Assembly (NCBI GenBank): GCA_002010065.2
Contig: MTMD02000002.1
Coordinates: forward strand, 448,001-512,000
Origin: Candidatus Pyrohabitans jungbluthii
GTDB taxonomy: Archaea > Hydrothermarchaeota > Hydrothermarchaeia > Hydrothermarchaeales > BMS3B
DNA length: 64,000 nt
Reading direction: 5' to 3'
Part shown: in pieces, positions 38,454-48,291 of the stretch
How positions within the stretch are numbered: the stretch's first letter is position 1
Layout of the letters: the number at the start of each line of letters is the position of its first letter
The notes under the pieces: model-generated
Database searches by the model: none
What the model was told of the DNA's origin: nothing
The model's input: only the letters and a program-made list of their open reading frames with translations
Position numbers and translations under genes: made by a program

Positions 38454-39372
38454 AAAGCTCCAGCATGCGCTCAAGGCTGAGCAATGCTCGCTCCGCAATC
38501 TTTGGCTCGACTCTCACCACATTTTTTCTTTCCCTGAGCTGAGTCAGGAACTTTTCCCAGGTGTTCATCTTCATTGTCCTGCATACCGCCTTCTCGTAAA
38601 GAGGGTAGAATTTTTTATCCGGAAACTCCTTCTGCAGGCGGTAGATGAGGCCAACCTCCGTGCCTATTATGAACTCAGTGGCGCTGCTCTCCCTTGCTCG
38701 CTTAACCATCTGCTCAGTGCTGCATATGTAGTCCGCTAAGAGCTGAACCTCGGGAGTGCACTCCGGGTGAATGAGTACCTCCGCATCGGGATGCTCTTCC
38801 CTCGCCTTTTCCACATGCTCAGGCTTGAAGAGGAGATGGGTTATGCAGTGCCCCTTCGCAGGCACAGGGATTATCTCCTTGTCCTTAACATGGCGCTGCA
38901 CATGCCATGCCAGGTTGGCGTCTGGCCCAAAGATTATCTTTTTCTCAGGCAGAGCCTTGACTATCTTCACCGCATTTGCAGAGGTGCATATCACGTCTGC
39001 CTCCGCCCTCGCCTCAAGGCGGGTGTTGATGTACAGCACCACAGCAGCGTCTGGATGCTCCTCCCGTGCCTCGCGCACAAGCTTTGCCGGTAACTGCGCT
39101 GCCATGGGGCAGTGCGCTTCGAGATCTGGCATGAGTACTGTCTTGTCAGGGTTGAGCATCGCTGCACTCTCTGCCATGAAGTCAACACCACAGAAGAGGA
39201 TGTATGGCTTATCAACGCGCTGTGCCGCCCTGCACAAGCCAAGCGAGTCGCCAATGAAGTCTGCCACATCCTGAATCTCAGGTATCTGATAGTTGTGCGC
39301 AAGAACTATACAGTCCTTCTTAAGCTCTTCAACCTCTTTCAGAGTAGCCTCATCAATAACCACGAGAACCAC
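38446..39372 (-). CDS. nadA: Quinolinate synthase
   Basis: LAHNYQ, FCGVDFMAE, CPMA, CTSANA, HPEC, CRTMK. Confidence 0.97.
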   Translation of the reverse strand: MVLVVIDEATLKEVEELKKDCIVLAHNYQIPEIQDVADFIGDSLGLCRAAQRVDKPYILFCGVDFMAESAAMLNPDKTVLMPDLEAHCPMAAQLPAKLVREAREEHPDAAVVLYINTRLEARAEADVICTSANAVKIVKALPEKKIIFGPDANLAWHVQRHVKDKEIIPVPAKGHCITHLLFKPEHVEKAREEHPDAEVLIHPECTPEVQLLADYICSTEQMVKRARESSATEFIIGTEVGLIYRLQKEFPDKKFYPLYEKAVCRTMKMNTWEKFLTQLRERKNVVRVEPKIAERALLSLERMLELSK

Positions 39373-39461
39373 CGGGATTACAACCTGTGGAGAAGGTACT
39401 TTTTGAAAATATTGTTGAAATGCTCAACACTCTTAAAAGGCTGTAAATCAGATATAATCCC

Positions 39462-40100
39462 ATGAGGAGCATTCTGAGGAGTTTCATGATTTTTATTTAC
39501 GGCGCTCTCACAGGAGTGGCTCTTTTTCTGCTTATCAGTGTAGCTGCGCCTGAGCTCAAGTCTCTAATTCTACTCCTCCTAAAAACAAAAATTGAGGCTC
39601 AGGAAAAGCTGGTTAGGAACCCGAGCATGGCAATACTCCTCAACAATCTGATAGCCTCGCTTCTCTGCTCCTACGGAGGATTCTTAACTACGATGGCTTT
39701 TCTCAGACTGGGCGAAGTAAGCGACCCCAGTTTGAGAGTTTTAAGGAGGCTGGACAGAAGGCTTAGCCAGATTAGAGATGACAGGCTGAAGTTCTACCTC
39801 TCCCTCTTCATATTCCCTGTTTTCATCCTCTTTCTCAACGGCGCTGTTCTCGGCTTCCTATTCGGCTTCTTTCTCCACTCGCCCGCAGAGTACTTCGCGC
39901 GTCTGAACTCCCACGGGATTACTGAGCTACCGGCGATTATCCTCTCGGGAAGCATAGGATTAAAAATCGGCGAGGCTATGCTCCCTAGGTTAAACACTGA
40001 TTTCGAGGCAGAGCTAACAGAAGAGGTAAGACGGAGCCTTAAAGATTATATTCTCGTAGTCGCCCTTCTGGTGGTAAGCGCATATCTCGAAACCATGTAG
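39462..40100 (+). CDS. SpoIIM/DUF95-family membrane protein
   Basis: ILLNNL, LNGAVLG, HGITELPA, SAYLET. Confidence 0.82.
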   Translation: MRSILRSFMIFIYGALTGVALFLLISVAAPELKSLILLLLKTKIEAQEKLVRNPSMAILLNNLIASLLCSYGGFLTTMAFLRLGEVSDPSLRVLRRLDRRLSQIRDDRLKFYLSLFIFPVFILFLNGAVLGFLFGFFLHSPAEYFARLNSHGITELPAIILSGSIGLKIGEAMLPRLNTDFEAELTEEVRRSLKDYILVVALLVVSAYLETM

Positions 40101-40101
40101 C

Positions 40102-40350
40102 CTAAAGAACCACTTCCACGCTTGCCTTCTCCACGCCCTCCAGCTTCCTTATCTCCTTCTCTGCCAGCACCGCAAGCACAAAGGCATAGCCGCACACGCA
40201 GTCGCGGGGACGCTGCAGCTTTACCTTCACCTCTCCCCCAGCTATCTCCACCTGCTTCACCATGCCCGCATCTACCAGGTTGCTCCCCTGAGGAAGGCTG
40301 AAGACCTTCTTCAACGCTGAAATTACCTCATCCTCGCCTACAACGCTCAT
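40102..40350 (-). CDS. DUF59/MIP18-like Fe-S assembly protein
   Basis: VISALKKV...NLVDAGMVKQVEI...CVC. Confidence 0.7.
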   Translation of the reverse strand: MSVVGEDEVISALKKVFSLPQGSNLVDAGMVKQVEIAGGEVKVKLQRPRDCVCGYAFVLAVLAEKEIRKLEGVEKASVEVVL

Positions 40351-40859
40351 ACTATCTCTGCACCCAGCACCTCGCGCATGTGTTTAAGCGCCCACTCCTG
40401 CGTGGCTTCGTCTACGGTGGCGACGCATTCTCTGCACACCACAACGCGAAAGCCACGCATTGCAGCATCCGCCGCGGTGTGGAGCACGCATATATTGGTG
40501 AGCACGCCCACTAAGACAACTTCGGTGACGCCACGCTTCCTCAGCTCCTCCTCTAAGGGAGTGCCGAAGAAGGCTGAGAAGCGTTTCTTCTTTATTACCA
40601 CGTCATCGCTGCGCTTGTCAAGCTCATCTATCACCTCCGCTCCAGGGGTGCCCTCTACTGCATGCCTCCCCCACACCCTGAACTCCTCGTCGTCCTCGTC
40701 ATGGGAGTCGCAGATGAAGAAAACTGGCTCGCCCCTGGCGCGGAACTCGGCGATCTTGGCATTTATTGGCTCTATAAGCTTTCTCGCCCCCGGCACGGGC
40801 AGGGCTCCGTCCTCGTACACGAAGTCCTTCAGCATGTCTATTACAAGCAGAGCGCGCAT
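40347..40859 (-). CDS. pncA: Nicotinamidase (isochorismatase family)
   Basis: LLVIDM..DF, DSH, WGRH, KKRFSAF, TNICV; lies in the NAD cluster. Confidence 0.85.
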   Translation of the reverse strand: MRALLVIDMLKDFVYEDGALPVPGARKLIEPINAKIAEFRARGEPVFFICDSHDEDDEEFRVWGRHAVEGTPGAEVIDELDKRSDDVVIKKKRFSAFFGTPLEEELRKRGVTEVVLVGVLTNICVLHTAADAAMRGFRVVVCRECVATVDEATQEWALKHMREVLGAEIV

Positions 40860-40896
40860 GATATCTTTTTAAACTCCGCGAGATATAAAAATTCCC

Positions 40897-41724
40897 ATGC
40901 ACCCTCGCCTGGCTGAACTCATGCGCTTTCTCGAAGAGGATCTCGGCTATGAGGATATAACCACCAGCAGCGTATTACCCGAGGATGTGAAGGCTCTCGC
41001 CGAGATTGTGGCGAAGGCTCAGGGCGTGGTCGCGGGCGTAGAGGAGGCGAAGGCACTTCTGGAGCACTTTAATTTAAGGTGCAGGGCTCTGAAGGAGGAT
41101 GGCGAAGATATTAACCCCGGAGATGTGATTCTTGAGATTGAAGGAAGCGCTAGGGCGATACTCATGCTGGAGCGCGTGGTGCTGAACCTGCTCATGCGCA
41201 TGAGCGGCATAGCAACTGCCACAAGGCGCATGGTGGCTATAGCTCAGCGCTACGGAGTTAAAATCGCAGGCACGAGAAAAACTACGCCGGGATTCAGGTA
41301 CTTTGAGAAGCGCGCCATAGCCATAGGCGGCGGAGATATGCACCGCTTTCGCTTGGACGATGCAGTGCTTATAAAGGACAACCACCTAGTGCTAGTGGAC
41401 ATTGGCGAAGCGATTAGGCGTGCGAAGCAGGTGAATTTCACAAAGAAGGTAGAGGTAGAGGTGGGCAGCGTCGAGGAGGCAAAGGTTGCGCTAGAGGCGG
41501 GCGCGGATATAGTGATGCTGGACAACCTCAGCGTTGAGGAGGTGGAGCATGTGCTTACGCTTGTGGAGCAACGCGGCTACCAAGCGATAATAGAGGTCTC
41601 CGGCGGGATAACCCCTGATAATCTGGAGAGCTACGCCAAGCTTCGACCGCATGTAATCTCCACCGGCTATATAACCACTCGCGCAGAATGGCTGGACATG
41701 AGCCTTCGCCTGCGAAAGCGCTAG
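40897..41724 (+). CDS. nadC: Quinolinate phosphoribosyltransferase
   Basis: MSGIATAT, TRKTTPG, HRFRLDDAVLIKDNH, EVEV, MLDN, SGGI. Confidence 0.97.
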   Translation: MHPRLAELMRFLEEDLGYEDITTSSVLPEDVKALAEIVAKAQGVVAGVEEAKALLEHFNLRCRALKEDGEDINPGDVILEIEGSARAILMLERVVLNLLMRMSGIATATRRMVAIAQRYGVKIAGTRKTTPGFRYFEKRAIAIGGGDMHRFRLDDAVLIKDNHLVLVDIGEAIRRAKQVNFTKKVEVEVGSVEEAKVALEAGADIVMLDNLSVEEVEHVLTLVEQRGYQAIIEVSGGITPDNLESYAKLRPHVISTGYITTRAEWLDMSLRLRKR

Positions 41725-42536
41725 GTGCCCACCTGCAGTGACGAAGCGATCTTGCGCAGCGTGGCTATGGCTGAGAGCGCCGCGAGATAGCTTGTCTTCG
41801 GGTTCTCAGGTGAAGGCAGGTTCTCCACCCTGAAGTAGAGCTCGCCGAACTTCCCACGAGCATAAACTTCGTGCACATTCCTCTTTGCTTCGGGATCTGC
41901 GACTATCTCAACCCTCGTCCTGTCCACGCCTATGCCGGCTAAGCTCACAGCCACGGCGACGTTAATATTCGCCGGAAATCCTGCTATAGCTTCTCTCGCT
42001 GTGCCCGAGAAGACCACCTTCCTCTCCTTCAGCCCCTTGAGGGAGATGCCCCTCTCAGCCAAATAGGGTGCGCCCTCCAGAGCATGCGGCGGCTTTGTGG
42101 TGGTAATCCTCACCTCCTCCAGCCCTGCTTCCCTCGCTGACTTCAGTGCATCTAATGCTCCTACCGCGCCTGAGGGGAGGTAAACCCTTCTATGCTTCTG
42201 CGTGGCTGCCTTCTCCACTTCCTCAAGAAACCCTGCGTCTGCAAGCGCACCCACGCTTAAGAGGAGCACATCCTTTCCAGCTTTCAGCGCTGGTATGAGC
42301 AGTGCTTTAGCCGCAGCCACCGAGGCGGCTTCAATCACCAGCTCTGCCTCGCTTGAGAGCACTTCCTCGATGCTTGCCGCTACATCGGGCTTTTTCCTGA
42401 ATAGAGAGCTCAGCCGCACCGCCTTCTCCCTGTCTAGGTCAAAAATACAAACAAGCTCCGCCTCTACCCTGCCATCTGCAATAGCCTTAGCAAGGACTGT
42501 GCCTATTGCACCGCAACCTACCAGAGAAACCTTCAA
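41721..42536 (-). CDS. nadX: L-aspartate dehydrogenase
   Basis: KVSLVGCGAIG, EAAS, PSGAVGALD, FPANINVA, NPKTSYLAALS; likely TTG start 42536 after GGTGAT. Confidence 0.93.
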   Translation of the reverse strand: MKVSLVGCGAIGTVLAKAIADGRVEAELVCIFDLDREKAVRLSSLFRKKPDVAASIEEVLSSEAELVIEAASVAAAKALLIPALKAGKDVLLLSVGALADAGFLEEVEKAATQKHRRVYLPSGAVGALDALKSAREAGLEEVRITTTKPPHALEGAPYLAERGISLKGLKERKVVFSGTAREAIAGFPANINVAVAVSLAGIGVDRTRVEIVADPEAKRNVHEVYARGKFGELYFRVENLPSPENPKTSYLAALSAIATLRKIASSLQVGT

Positions 42537-42585
42537 GCCATCACCTGCAAAAAGCTTTATACCTGCGTACTTAAACTTTGATACC

Positions 42586-43749
42586 ATGTTCCATGTTGCA
42601 AGCGAAGAGGACATAAAGGCGGGGAAGACTACCGACGTGTACTTTATCAACACCAAGCGTGTGCTGGAAGAAAAGGGGATAAGCAAGCGCGTCGTCGCTG
42701 AGGTAACCGCAAGTTCATTGCCAAAGGGCTACGCCTGGGGTGTACTCGCTGGAATAGAGGAGGCGGCACGCCTTCTCGAGGGTTACAACCTCGACGTTTA
42801 TGCCATGCCAGAGGGGAGTATCTTCTATCCCCTTGAGCCGGTGATGCGCATCGAAGGCGATTACAAAGAATTTGCGGTGCTTGAAACGCCTCTTCTCGGC
42901 TTGCTCTGCCAGGCTTCTGGCATAGCCACGAAGGCAGCGCGTTTCAGGAAGCTCGCCGGGGATAAGATTCTGCTCAGCTTTGGGATTCGCAGGATGCACC
43001 CTGCCATTGCGCCCATGATAGACCGCGCCGCATACATAGGCGGGTGCGATGGCTTCTCAGGCATCGCGGCAGAGAGGATTATAGGTGAGAAGGCTCGAGG
43101 AACGATGCCACATGCTCTTATAATTACGGTGGGCGACCAGGTTAAGGCGTGGCGCTACTTCGACGAGGTCGTGGAGAAGGACGTACCTCGCATTGCGCTG
43201 GTCGATACGTACTGCGACGAGAAGCAGGAAGCGGTGCTTGCAGCGGAAGCCATAGAGAACCTCTACGGCGTGCGCCTGGATACGCCCAGCTCGAGGCGGG
43301 GCAACATGAAGAGAATACTGGAGGAGGTGCGCTGGGAGCTGGACGTTCGCGGATATAAGCATGTGAAGATATTTATCTCTGGCGGCGTTAAGGAGGAGAA
43401 CATTCGCGAACTTAGCTTGGCGGACGGCTTCGGCGTGGGCACAAGCATAAGCGCTGCCGCAACCATAGACTTTGCTCTCGATATAGTGGAAGTAGAGGGG
43501 AAGCCCGCAGCAAAGCGGGGCAAGTTCAGCATCGCCAAGGCGGTACTCCGCTGTCCCCGCTGCCTGCATAGCAAGCGCGTGCCTGCGAGGGAAGTAAAAG
43601 AACACACATGCGAGAGGTGCGGCTCTACCATGGAGAACATGCTCCGCCCGCTGATAAGGCAGGGCAAGCTGGTGGCGGAGCTTCCCCCTGCGAAGGAGAT
43701 TCGCGATTATGTGCTGCAACAGCTAGAAAAGGTGGAGGGTATTGAATGA
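42586..43749 (+). CDS. pncB: Nicotinate phosphoribosyltransferase
   Basis: [47 protein letters not shown]-terminal CxxC pairs. Confidence 0.94.
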   Translation: MFHVASEEDIKAGKTTDVYFINTKRVLEEKGISKRVVAEVTASSLPKGYAWGVLAGIEEAARLLEGYNLDVYAMPEGSIFYPLEPVMRIEGDYKEFAVLETPLLGLLCQASGIATKAARFRKLAGDKILLSFGIRRMHPAIAPMIDRAAYIGGCDGFSGIAAERIIGEKARGTMPHALIITVGDQVKAWRYFDEVVEKDVPRIALVDTYCDEKQEAVLAAEAIENLYGVRLDTPSSRRGNMKRILEEVRWELDVRGYKHVKIFISGGVKEENIRELSLADGFGVGTSISAAATIDFALDIVEVEGKPAAKRGKFSIAKAVLRCPRCLHSKRVPAREVKEHTCERCGSTMENMLRPLIRQGKLVAELPPAKEIRDYVLQQLEKVEGIE

Positions 43750-45686
43750 GCAATGGCGAGAAAATCGAGTCTCTCATTAGATCTGTGAAAAAGTTTCCTC
43801 CCAAGAAAGAGTTCGCAGAAAAAGCTTGGGTAAATGATGAGAAGGTGTACGAAGACGCTGCGAAGGATTATGAAGCCTTCTGGGAACGTGCCGCTGAGGA
43901 GCTTCACTGGTTCAAGCGCTGGGAGCGCGTGCTGGACGAGAGCGAAGCGCCTTTCTACAAGTGGTTCGTTGGTGGAGAGATAAACATAACCTACAACTGC
44001 CTGGACAGGCACGTTGAGAGCTGGAGAAAGAACAAGGCGGCGATAATCTGGGAGGGGGAGCCAGGAGATAGGAGGGTGCTCACCTACTTTGAGCTTTTCC
44101 GTCGAGTTAACCGCTTTGCAAATGCGCTGAAAAAGCTCGGCGTTGGCAAAGGCGACAGGGTTACCATCTACATGGGCATGGTGCCCGAGCTTCCCATAGC
44201 GATGCTTGCGTGCGCTCGCATAGGCGCGGTGCACAGTGTTGTGTTTGGCGGCTTCTCCGCAAAGGCGCTCGCCGACAGGATAAACGACTGCAAGGCAAAA
44301 GTGGTTGTAACTCAGGACGGAGCGTACCGCCGGGGTAAGGTAATCCCCCTCAAGGATAATGTGGATGAAGCTCTGAAGGAAGCGCCCAGCGTTGAGAAGG
44401 TGGTGGTGCTCAAACGCGCGGGGAACGAGGTTAGCATGCGCAAGGGCAGAGACTTCTGGTGGCATGACCTTCAGTATCTGGTGGATGCAAAATGCGAGGC
44501 TGTGCCCGTTGAGAGCGAGCACCCCCTCTTCATCCTCTATACCTCCGGCACAACAGGCAAGCCCAAGGGCGTGCTTCATGTGCATGGGGGCTACAATGTG
44601 GGCACCCACTTAACAACCAAGTGGATTTTCGACCTGAAGGATGATGATATATTCTGGTGCACCGCAGACATAGGCTGGATAACAGGGCATAGCTATGTCG
44701 TCTATGGCCCGCTTTCCAACGGCGCGACGGTGGTGATGTACGAGGGCGCGCCGGACTACCCCAAGCCGGATCGCTTCTGGGAGATTATAGAGCGCTATGG
44801 CGTAACCATCTTCTACACAGCTCCGACTGCGATACGCTTCTTCATGAAGCTCGGCGAGGAGTGGGTGAAGAAGCACGATTTAAGCACACTACGCCTTCTG
44901 GGCACTGTGGGCGAGCCTATAAATCCAAGGGCGTGGCTGTGGTATTATGAGGTTATTGGTGGCAAGCGCTGCCCCATCGTCGATACCTGGTGGCAGACTG
45001 AGACGGGCATGATAATGATAACCCCACTCCCTGGAGTGAGTACGCTGAAACCGGGCTCAGCGTGCAAGCCCTTCCCGGGCGTTTTTGCTCAGGTGGTGGA
45101 CGAGAAGGGCGAAGAGGCTAAGCCCAACCAGGGAGGTTACCTGGTTATCACAAAGCCCTGGCCTGCGATGCTGCGCACCCTATGGGGCAATCCCGAGCGT
45201 TACGTGAACACTTACTTCGGAACCTACCCCAACATCTACCTCACCGGCGATGGCGCGCGCATTGACGAGGAGGGCGACTTCTGGATTATGGGCAGGATAG
45301 ACGACGTGATCAACGTCTCGGGGCACAGGCTGGGCACGGCTGAGCTTGAAAGCGCTTTGGTGAGCCACGAGAGCGTGGCAGAGGCAGCGGTAGTTGGCAA
45401 GCCCCATGAGATTAAAGGCCAGGCGATTGTGGCATTCGTGGTTCTTCGCGAAGGGATTAAGCCAACACCTGAGCTTAAGGAAGAGCTGAGAAGGCACGTG
45501 GCTACTGAAATAGGGCCAATAGCCAAGCCGGATGAAATCCACTTTGTGAGCATGCTGCCAAAGACGCGCTCTGGCAAAATAATGCGCCGCATTATGCGCG
45601 CTCTCGAAGAGGGCAAGGAGATAGGCGACATCACAACGCTGGAAGATGCGAAGGCGATAGAGGAGATTAAGAAGGCGGAGGAGTAG
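43746..45686 (+). CDS. acs: Acetyl-CoA synthetase (AMP-forming)
   Basis: [32 protein letters not shown]. Confidence 0.97.
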   Translation: MSNGEKIESLIRSVKKFPPKKEFAEKAWVNDEKVYEDAAKDYEAFWERAAEELHWFKRWERVLDESEAPFYKWFVGGEINITYNCLDRHVESWRKNKAAIIWEGEPGDRRVLTYFELFRRVNRFANALKKLGVGKGDRVTIYMGMVPELPIAMLACARIGAVHSVVFGGFSAKALADRINDCKAKVVVTQDGAYRRGKVIPLKDNVDEALKEAPSVEKVVVLKRAGNEVSMRKGRDFWWHDLQYLVDAKCEAVPVESEHPLFILYTSGTTGKPKGVLHVHGGYNVGTHLTTKWIFDLKDDDIFWCTADIGWITGHSYVVYGPLSNGATVVMYEGAPDYPKPDRFWEIIERYGVTIFYTAPTAIRFFMKLGEEWVKKHDLSTLRLLGTVGEPINPRAWLWYYEVIGGKRCPIVDTWWQTETGMIMITPLPGVSTLKPGSACKPFPGVFAQVVDEKGEEAKPNQGGYLVITKPWPAMLRTLWGNPERYVNTYFGTYPNIYLTGDGARIDEEGDFWIMGRIDDVINVSGHRLGTAELESALVSHESVAEAAVVGKPHEIKGQAIVAFVVLREGIKPTPELKEELRRHVATEIGPIAKPDEIHFVSMLPKTRSGKIMRRIMRALEEGKEIGDITTLEDAKAIEEIKKAEE

Positions 45687-46253
45687 TCACCTCCCCATCC
45701 CCTTATAGTAAACTGTAGCAGGGCAGCCCAGGCACTTCCTCTCGTAAAGATAGCACTCAGGGCAGCGCTTACCGCAGGGTGCGATCTCCCTGCTTGGCGA
45801 TACCTTCACCTCCATAAAGGTGGGATACACAGGAGCCTCGCCTATTGAGACCTCCATGCTCAGTACATTCTTCAGCGGCCTTATGCTGTTCTCCACCGTC
45901 GACTCGAGCAGGGAGGTGTTCTCTGCTATTATTACCATGCTCAGGTTGTACTTGCCAGTTGTGACTGCAACAAAGGCAATTCTCGGGCAGGAGGCGAACA
46001 TGTCCGCGAGCTTCATCGCATGCTCCATGCTCTCAACTTGGAGGTTCACCACCGCTGACTTGAAGTTGAGCTCTTTTATGTTCAGCAGAGCCTTGACAGC
46101 AATCTCTCGCTTTCTGAGCAACTTGTCCAGCCTCTCCTTAACTGAGGGATGTGTTAAGCCAAGCTTACGAGCTATCTCGGTCAGCTTGGCTCTACCATTT
46201 TTTTGCAGAATCTGGTAAATCTGGAAGTCCTTCTCATCCATACTCTCCACCAC
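45687..46253 (-). CDS. Lrp/AsnC-family regulator with C-terminal cysteine cluster
   Basis: HTH LQKNGRAKLTEIARKLG; tail PCGKRCPEC...CLGCPAT. Confidence 0.88.
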   Translation of the reverse strand: MVESMDEKDFQIYQILQKNGRAKLTEIARKLGLTHPSVKERLDKLLRKREIAVKALLNIKELNFKSAVVNLQVESMEHAMKLADMFASCPRIAFVAVTTGKYNLSMVIIAENTSLLESTVENSIRPLKNVLSMEVSIGEAPVYPTFMEVKVSPSREIAPCGKRCPECYLYERKCLGCPATVYYKGMGR

Positions 46254-46277
46254 TTTTAAGAGTTATATTTTACTTTG

Positions 46278-46292
46278 CCTACAATTTGTAGG
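46278..46292. promoter_or_regulatory. Candidate operator (7-1-7 palindrome)
   Basis: CCTACAA-T-TTGTAGG between the divergent Lrp and DUF2892 genes. Confidence 0.55.
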
Positions 46293-46373
46293 TGTTTTGC
46301 TTAATTTTCATGGGAAAATAATATAAAGTTATCGAATGATATACATAAAGTTGGCTAACAGGAGGTGGTTTGC

Positions 46374-46574
46374 ATGGAAAGGAACGAGGGAACTGTGGAC
46401 AGAGCTGTTAGGCTTCTGCTCGGCATAGCACTTCTTGCCCTAGGCGGACTTGAGAAGATACCCTACCCGAAGGTTGCACTTCTCGTAGGTCTTGTGTTAC
46501 TGGTAACCGGAATCGCCGGCATATGCCCTCTCTACTCAGTGCTAAAAATAAAGACCTGCGGCGAGAAGTGCTGA
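46374..46574 (+). CDS. DUF2892 (YgaP-like) membrane protein
   Basis: MERNEGTVDRAVR...TGIAGICPLYSVLKIKTC. Confidence 0.88.
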   Translation: MERNEGTVDRAVRLLLGIALLALGGLEKIPYPKVALLVGLVLLVTGIAGICPLYSVLKIKTCGEKC

Positions 46575-46582
46575 CCTATCTT

Positions 46583-47275
46583 TTATTTTTTGCTTTTTAA
46601 CCTTCTCTGAACTGCCTCGCTGGTTAGCTCTCTTAATGCATCAGAGGCTATCCACCTGGCGCTGCGTGAGTCGATTTTTTGTATCTCTCTGGCAACTTCA
46701 ATCGCCTTGCTGTTTAGGCTTGGGCTTCGCTTTCCTATCTGCCTCAACGCCCAGTTGACAGCTTTCTTAACGTAATTTCTATTGTCTGTGGCTTCCCTCT
46801 GTATGATAGGGAAGAATCTCTCAAATTGCTCATCACCTGCCTCTTTATCGCTTACAGCAAGGCGAGCCATCAGCACAAAGCCAGCCCTCTTGACAAATTC
46901 CTCCTCCCTAGAACTCCACTCAACCGCCTTTTGATAGGCAAATCTGGTCTTTTCAAAGAGATTTGCACAGCACTGGTCGCAGATTTCCCAGTAGTCGAAC
47001 TCAGCTACCCAGCGCTCCATCTGCTCCTCAGTAACCACCTCCGGGTCGTCTATCATACTCGCAAGTATCATGGTTTCACGTATCCCCAGCGCCCAGAGTT
47101 GCTGAGCCAAGGAATGGTCTCGCCCTATCTCCTTGGCAAGCTTTCTCAGGTTCGGAATCGCCACTCCATAGGTTTTCTTAGGGGTAATCCCAAATCTTGC
47201 CATTCCTTCCGCTGCTTCAGGGTTGCTGAGACCTTCCAGCTTTTTAAGGACTGATTCAACGTCTGCTGCTCCCAT
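46583..47275 (-). CDS. DNA alkylation repair protein (AlkD-like HEAT-repeat)
   Basis: GMARFGI, YGVAIPNLR, WEICD, DNRNYVKKAVNWALRQIGKR. Confidence 0.88.
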   Translation of the reverse strand: MGAADVESVLKKLEGLSNPEAAEGMARFGITPKKTYGVAIPNLRKLAKEIGRDHSLAQQLWALGIRETMILASMIDDPEVVTEEQMERWVAEFDYWEICDQCCANLFEKTRFAYQKAVEWSSREEEFVKRAGFVLMARLAVSDKEAGDEQFERFFPIIQREATDNRNYVKKAVNWALRQIGKRSPSLNSKAIEVAREIQKIDSRSARWIASDALRELTSEAVQRRLKSKK

Positions 47276-47366
47276 CTTATCTCTCACTATCGTCTTCCAC
47301 AGCGCCTGATATATTTATTCCGCCACCTACAATAAGGTTTAAGTAGTTAAGGCATTGCTCTCTTTT

Positions 47367-47477
47367 GCCGGGGTAACTCAGCCTGGTTAGAGTGCCACGC
47401 TCATAGGGAGAGGCTCCGCCTCACGTGGGCACTCCTGGGATACGTGGAAGTCGCGGGTTCGAAGCCCGCCCCCGGCA
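47367..47477 (+). tRNA. tRNA-Met(CAT) with 36-nt intron (47406-47441)
   Basis: GCCGGGG acceptor, CCACG/CGTGG anticodon stem, TTCGAAG T-loop; canonical BHB (CTCA/TGGG helix, GGAG/CTCC). Confidence 0.95.
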
Positions 47478-47524
47478 TGCTTTATAACTTACATAATCGT
47501 TGTAACAAAGATGAGATATATTAC

Positions 47525-47833
47525 TTAATTATCAGATTTGTTTAATTTATCGAGCATTCTGGCGAGTTTTATGCATTTATCTTGTGTTTTACGTAATAGA
47601 ATTCCAAGAAGTATCGCTATAAAAAACAGAAGTATAGCAATTTCAGGATATTTTTCATTAACCCATCTTACACCCTCCTTAATTACGGTTGCTACAAAAG
47701 CTGTTAATATTACGAGATATGCCCACAATATTCTCGAAATATAAATTTTTTGGATTTCAATTATTGTTTTTATTTCTTCTTCCCCCATATCCTCGTGTCC
47801 TTTCTCCTTTTTCCCAAATATCCATAAACGCAT
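47525..47833 (-). CDS. AT-rich two-TM hypothetical protein
   Basis: ORF with two hydrophobic segments and GGAGGAGG upstream; lies next to the tRNA 3' end. Confidence 0.6.
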   Translation of the reverse strand: MRLWIFGKKEKGHEDMGEEEIKTIIEIQKIYISRILWAYLVILTAFVATVIKEGVRWVNEKYPEIAILLFFIAILLGILLRKTQDKCIKLARMLDKLNKSDN

Positions 47834-48076
47834 TATTAACCCTCCTCCACAAATATTGGCAGGTTCCTTCCTTAAAAACCTTTTCTAGTCAGATTGGAGA
47901 AAACGCTAATCATGTTGGAATCTATAAGGGCTATAGAGCATATCTTAAGCATAGAGAGAACGGCTATTGTTATCTGACCGTCTTCCAAACCGAAAACCCT
48001 CACCTAGCTTATTTTACTTTCTGCAACAACAAAGTATATCTACCCATGTGCCAACATCTTTACGGGAGATGTAAAA

Positions 48077-48262
48077 ATGAACTGTTGTGGCACGCACGAG
48101 AAGAAGGAAGGAGAAGAGGAAAAGCACGAGCATGGCAAGGAAGAGCATTCCCACACCTCCCACGCTGGATGCGGCATGCACGGCGGAGGCTGGCTCTACT
48201 GGATTCTCGTAGGGACATTCATCTATCTGGTGGTTGCCTACATATTCACCTACGTAATATAG
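48077..48262 (+). CDS. Small His/Cys-rich membrane-anchored protein
   Basis: MNCCGTHE...HEHGKEEHSHTSHAGCGMH followed by a TM helix. Confidence 0.7.
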   Translation: MNCCGTHEKKEGEEEKHEHGKEEHSHTSHAGCGMHGGGWLYWILVGTFIYLVVAYIFTYVI

Positions 48263-48291
48263 ATGTTAGCGCTCACGCCTTTGCGTAAACA

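Noticed and set aside
42202-42686. Apparent long head-to-head overlap of the 515-aa and 321-aa ORFs
   Set aside because: Artefact of upstream starts; likely real starts are pncB 42586 and nadX 42536
47689-48288. 199-aa plus-strand ORF
   Set aside because: Overlaps two better-supported genes and has an implausible composition
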